A DNA stretch of 64,000 bases from contig NC_058368.1 of the NCBI RefSeq assembly GCF_018350175.1, positions 214,460,001 to 214,524,000 on the forward strand, read 5' to 3'. The DNA is from Felis catus. Taxonomy: Eukaryota. The notes below the pieces were generated by a model. It ran no database searches. It was given only the letters and a program-made list of their open reading frames with translations, and was not told the origin of the DNA. Both the position numbers and the translations under genes were made by a program. Below, in pieces: positions 61,310 to 64,000 of this stretch (its first letter is position 1; every line of letters begins with the position of its first letter).

Positions 61310-61710
61310 TTAATTGCTTTAAAAAATATGAAAAATTTATACACAGTAACATTTATAGATTTTAAGTGTTCCTGTTTGATGAGTTTTGATAATTGCATAT
61401 GCTCATATAAAAGGTAGAGAATAATTTGCCATTTCAGGAAGTTTCCTTGTGATCTATCAATCCTATAGTGAGGTGCAACTACTTTTTTCTATCATCAGAG
61501 ATTAGTTTTACTTGATCTAAAACTTTGTACAAATGGAGTCACACCATATGCACTCTCCCAGTGTTCTTGAGATTCATCCATGTAGCAGTAGAAATATGAT
61601 CTGTATGGGTAGTTTGCTTCTTTTTATTACTGATTATTATTCCATTTTGTGGATATAACACAATTTATTTTTTCTTGTTGATGGACTTTTGGGTTGTTTA
61701 CAGTTGTCCT
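61310..61710 (-). mobile_element. Old L1ME-like 3' end
   Basis: TTTTAAGTGT...TTGATGAGTTTTGATAA...TACAAATGGAGTCA...TTGAGATTCATCCATGT...TTGATGGACTTTTGGGTTGTTT. Confidence 0.8.
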
Positions 61711-61827
61711 ACACTTTCAGAAATTGCTCTATTATTTTACTTAATAGAAATGCCCAGCCTCTTTACTTTCTTGTCTACTTTGCAGACTGAAGATTCTTCA
61801 TTGTTCTGAAGAGGGCGGGTAATTTTA

Positions 61828-62003
61828 TTTTATTATATTTTTTAGAGAGGGTAGGGGGAGAGGCAGAGGGAGGAGGAAAGAGAATCCCAAACAGGCTCCA
61901 CCCTCAGCACAGAACCCAGTGAAGGCCTTTATTTCAGGACTGGATATCTTGATTGAGCCGAAATTAAGAGTTGGAGGCTTAACAGACTGAGCCACAGGTG
62001 CCC
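61828..62003 (-). mobile_element. Old Can-SINE
   Basis: GAGAATCCCAAACAGGCTCCACCCTCAGCACAGA...CTTAACAGACTGAGCCAC; TSD GAGGGCGGGTAATTTTA (61811-61827) / GAGGGTGGGTGATTTTA (62020-62036). Confidence 0.9.
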
Positions 62004-63149
62004 TGGGGACAGGTACCCTGAGGGTGGGTGATTTTAAATGAGTGATGGAAGAAACATGTGTATAATTGGTGAAGAATTTAGCTAGGGCTGTTAATGCCTT
62101 AGAACAGTTGTACTTTTCTAAAAAGAAACATAATTCATTAGGATTATTATTTAGAATGTAAATATAGGCATATTTGAAAAAATTATAAAGATAATATATA
62201 AGATGTTATAGTTTATACAAATGATGGGTATTTGGATACCTATTCTATGCAATACAATATTCTATTCTATTTAATAGAATTAAAAATTTTCCATTTACTG
62301 ATGTGCTTTAATCTTTCTTCTACAGGTTTAAGTAAATCAGGGTACGCAGAGATGCAGATTTGTGTGCATGTATTTTTAGCTATCAAGAAAATGCATGTTC
62401 TAAAATCCCATAATTATGTATAGAGCAATACCTCTGTCCAAAAGACTGTAATTATTTAGAATACAGTGGGCACACTGTTAGCATAATTTACCTCATTGTT
62501 CAAAATAGCCGTAGAAATGGTCCTACTTCAGATGACTGACAACTGCTTTGAAAATCTCAAGGGATGGGCCCAAATATCAAATTAAAGGCATGACATAACA
62601 CACTTTTTAGCTTGCCATTTGCTGCATCCAATTTTATATTATGATTCTGATATGAAATTAAATTTCCTATAATGGATGATTTTTTTTTTCTTTCCTCCTC
62701 CATACTGTTAGCTCCTTGTGAACAAGATCGCTTTTTCTTCACCTTTGTGTCTTTGGATCCAAATGTCCACTCCAATCCCCAGAACACAGTAGGTAATAAA
62801 CAGTGGTAGGATGATTAAATGCCTACATATGCCATTACTAGTCTTGATTGATATGTCCTGTTTTGTTCTATATCAGATACCATACCAGTCAAGATGATCA
62901 AAAGAACAACATATTTTTCTTGATTTTTGGTAATTTATTTTAAATGATTTTTCTCATTCAATCCTTACTATGTAGAAACCAGATTGGTGTGGTTTGCTTT
63001 TTGGCCAATTCTTTCCATTCTTCTAGTGTGAAACAACTTTAAACATTTGTTTCTTTTAAGAATGGTTTCTAGAGCTTGTACGCTGTGGAAAAATCTACAC
63101 CAGAGACAGTGACAATTGTTCTCAGCTAGAATGGTTGTCTAAACTTATT

Positions 63150-64000
63150 GTCCCTACTTCCTTGGCCCCCATTCATTCTCCAACCCTCTCTAATCTGCTT
63201 CTGACCATGACATTCCACAAAATGTGGCCAAATCCAGTAGACTCTTATTTCTCCTCATCTTACTCAAACTGACACAATACTGACACAATTGGTCACTTGC
63301 TCCTTGCTTAAATATGCTCTTTTCCTGACCCCCTCCTGGTTTTCTTGCTATCTGTGGTATACTTTCTCAGTCTTCTCTTTGGTCCTTCCTTCTCAATCCA
63401 CATCAAAATATTCCTGTGGTCCATATGGGCCTTTCTTCTTTCTCTTCTCTCTCTTCAGAAAACTGCAGAAATTTCTGTGCCTTTACCTTCCTCACATAGA
63501 CCAATAAATTCTCTCTTTGTCTCTCTTAGCCCAGAGCTCCCCCTTGAGCTATGGACTTGTATATGTAGTTGCCTATTTGACATCTCTTTTTAGATGTCTT
63601 ACAGACAAGGAGTGCCTGCGTGGCTCAGTTAGTTGAGTGACCAACTTCAGCTCAGGTCATGATCTCACAGTTTGTGAGTTTGAGCCCCATGTTGGGCTCT
63701 GTGCTGACAGCTTGGAGCCTGGAGCCTGGAGTCTGCTTCGGATTCTGTGTCTCCCCTGTCTCTCCCTGTCTCCTGCTCATGCTCTGTCTCTCTCTCTCTT
63801 TCTCAGTAATAAATAAATGTTAATAAAATTTATATGTCTTACAGACTTTCAAAGTAACAAAGATTGCAAAAGAGGCCTTGATTTTTGTCAGTCAACAGTG
63901 GACTGGTAGTCCTTATCCATCTATTCCAGTGAATGTAAACTATTTACCTTCTTCTTCAAACTAGATTTCTATAAGCCATTATGAACTCTTCTTTCTTCCT
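63150..64000 (+). mobile_element. L2 fragment, split by a SINE
   Basis: GGCCAAATCCAGTAGACTC...TCCTGGTTTTCTT...CTTAGCCCAGAGCTCCCCCTTGAGCT...GCCTATTTGACATCTC. Confidence 0.75.
63607..63830 (+). mobile_element. Can-SINE, full length
   Basis: GTGCCTGCGTGGCTCAGTT head; TSD core ATGTCTTACAGAC (63594-63606 / 63834-63846). Confidence 0.96.

Noticed and set aside
62295..62325. Good-looking splice acceptor (TACTGAT...TTTAATCTTTCTTCTACAG), and another near 61785
   Set aside because: No convincing partner donor or coding frame; such sites are common in introns; RNA-seq would be needed
2718..63830. SINE strand bias (11 minus, 4 plus) suggesting an intron of a + strand gene
   Set aside because: Two-sided binomial p is about 0.12, and L1 and LTR orientations are mixed
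1..64000. Novel gene system, CRISPR array, operon or host coding exons
   Set aside because: This is eukaryotic repeat-rich DNA. I found no regularly spaced repeat-spacer array. Non-L1 ORFs are short and show no domain I recognise.

Overview
This window is non-coding, AT-rich mammalian genomic DNA from a felid (cat family). The evidence is 15 tRNA-derived Can-SINEs, two of them young SINEC_Fc-type copies, plus carnivore/felid L1 3' ends. I found no host protein-coding exon, RNA gene, CpG island or CRISPR array, so it is probably intergenic or deep intronic. The only ORFs resembling real proteins are decayed LINE-1 ORF2 fragments. The rest is layered transposable-element debris (L1, L2, MIR, CR1/L3, MaLR/ERVL/ERV1 solo LTRs, hAT MITEs), microsatellites and a few repeat-free stretches that could be enhancers. 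I see no new biological system. The best observations are mechanistic: a 5'-inverted (twin-primed) L1 with a ~1.4 kb internal gap and no TSD, a 73-bp L1 with a perfect TSD, nested LTR/L1 insertions, an A>G cluster in an L1 3'UTR, an E-box/CTCF-like palindrome and a few small hairpin/duplication scars. Subfamily names come from my recollection of consensus sequences, not from alignment. Boundaries of old elements are approximate.
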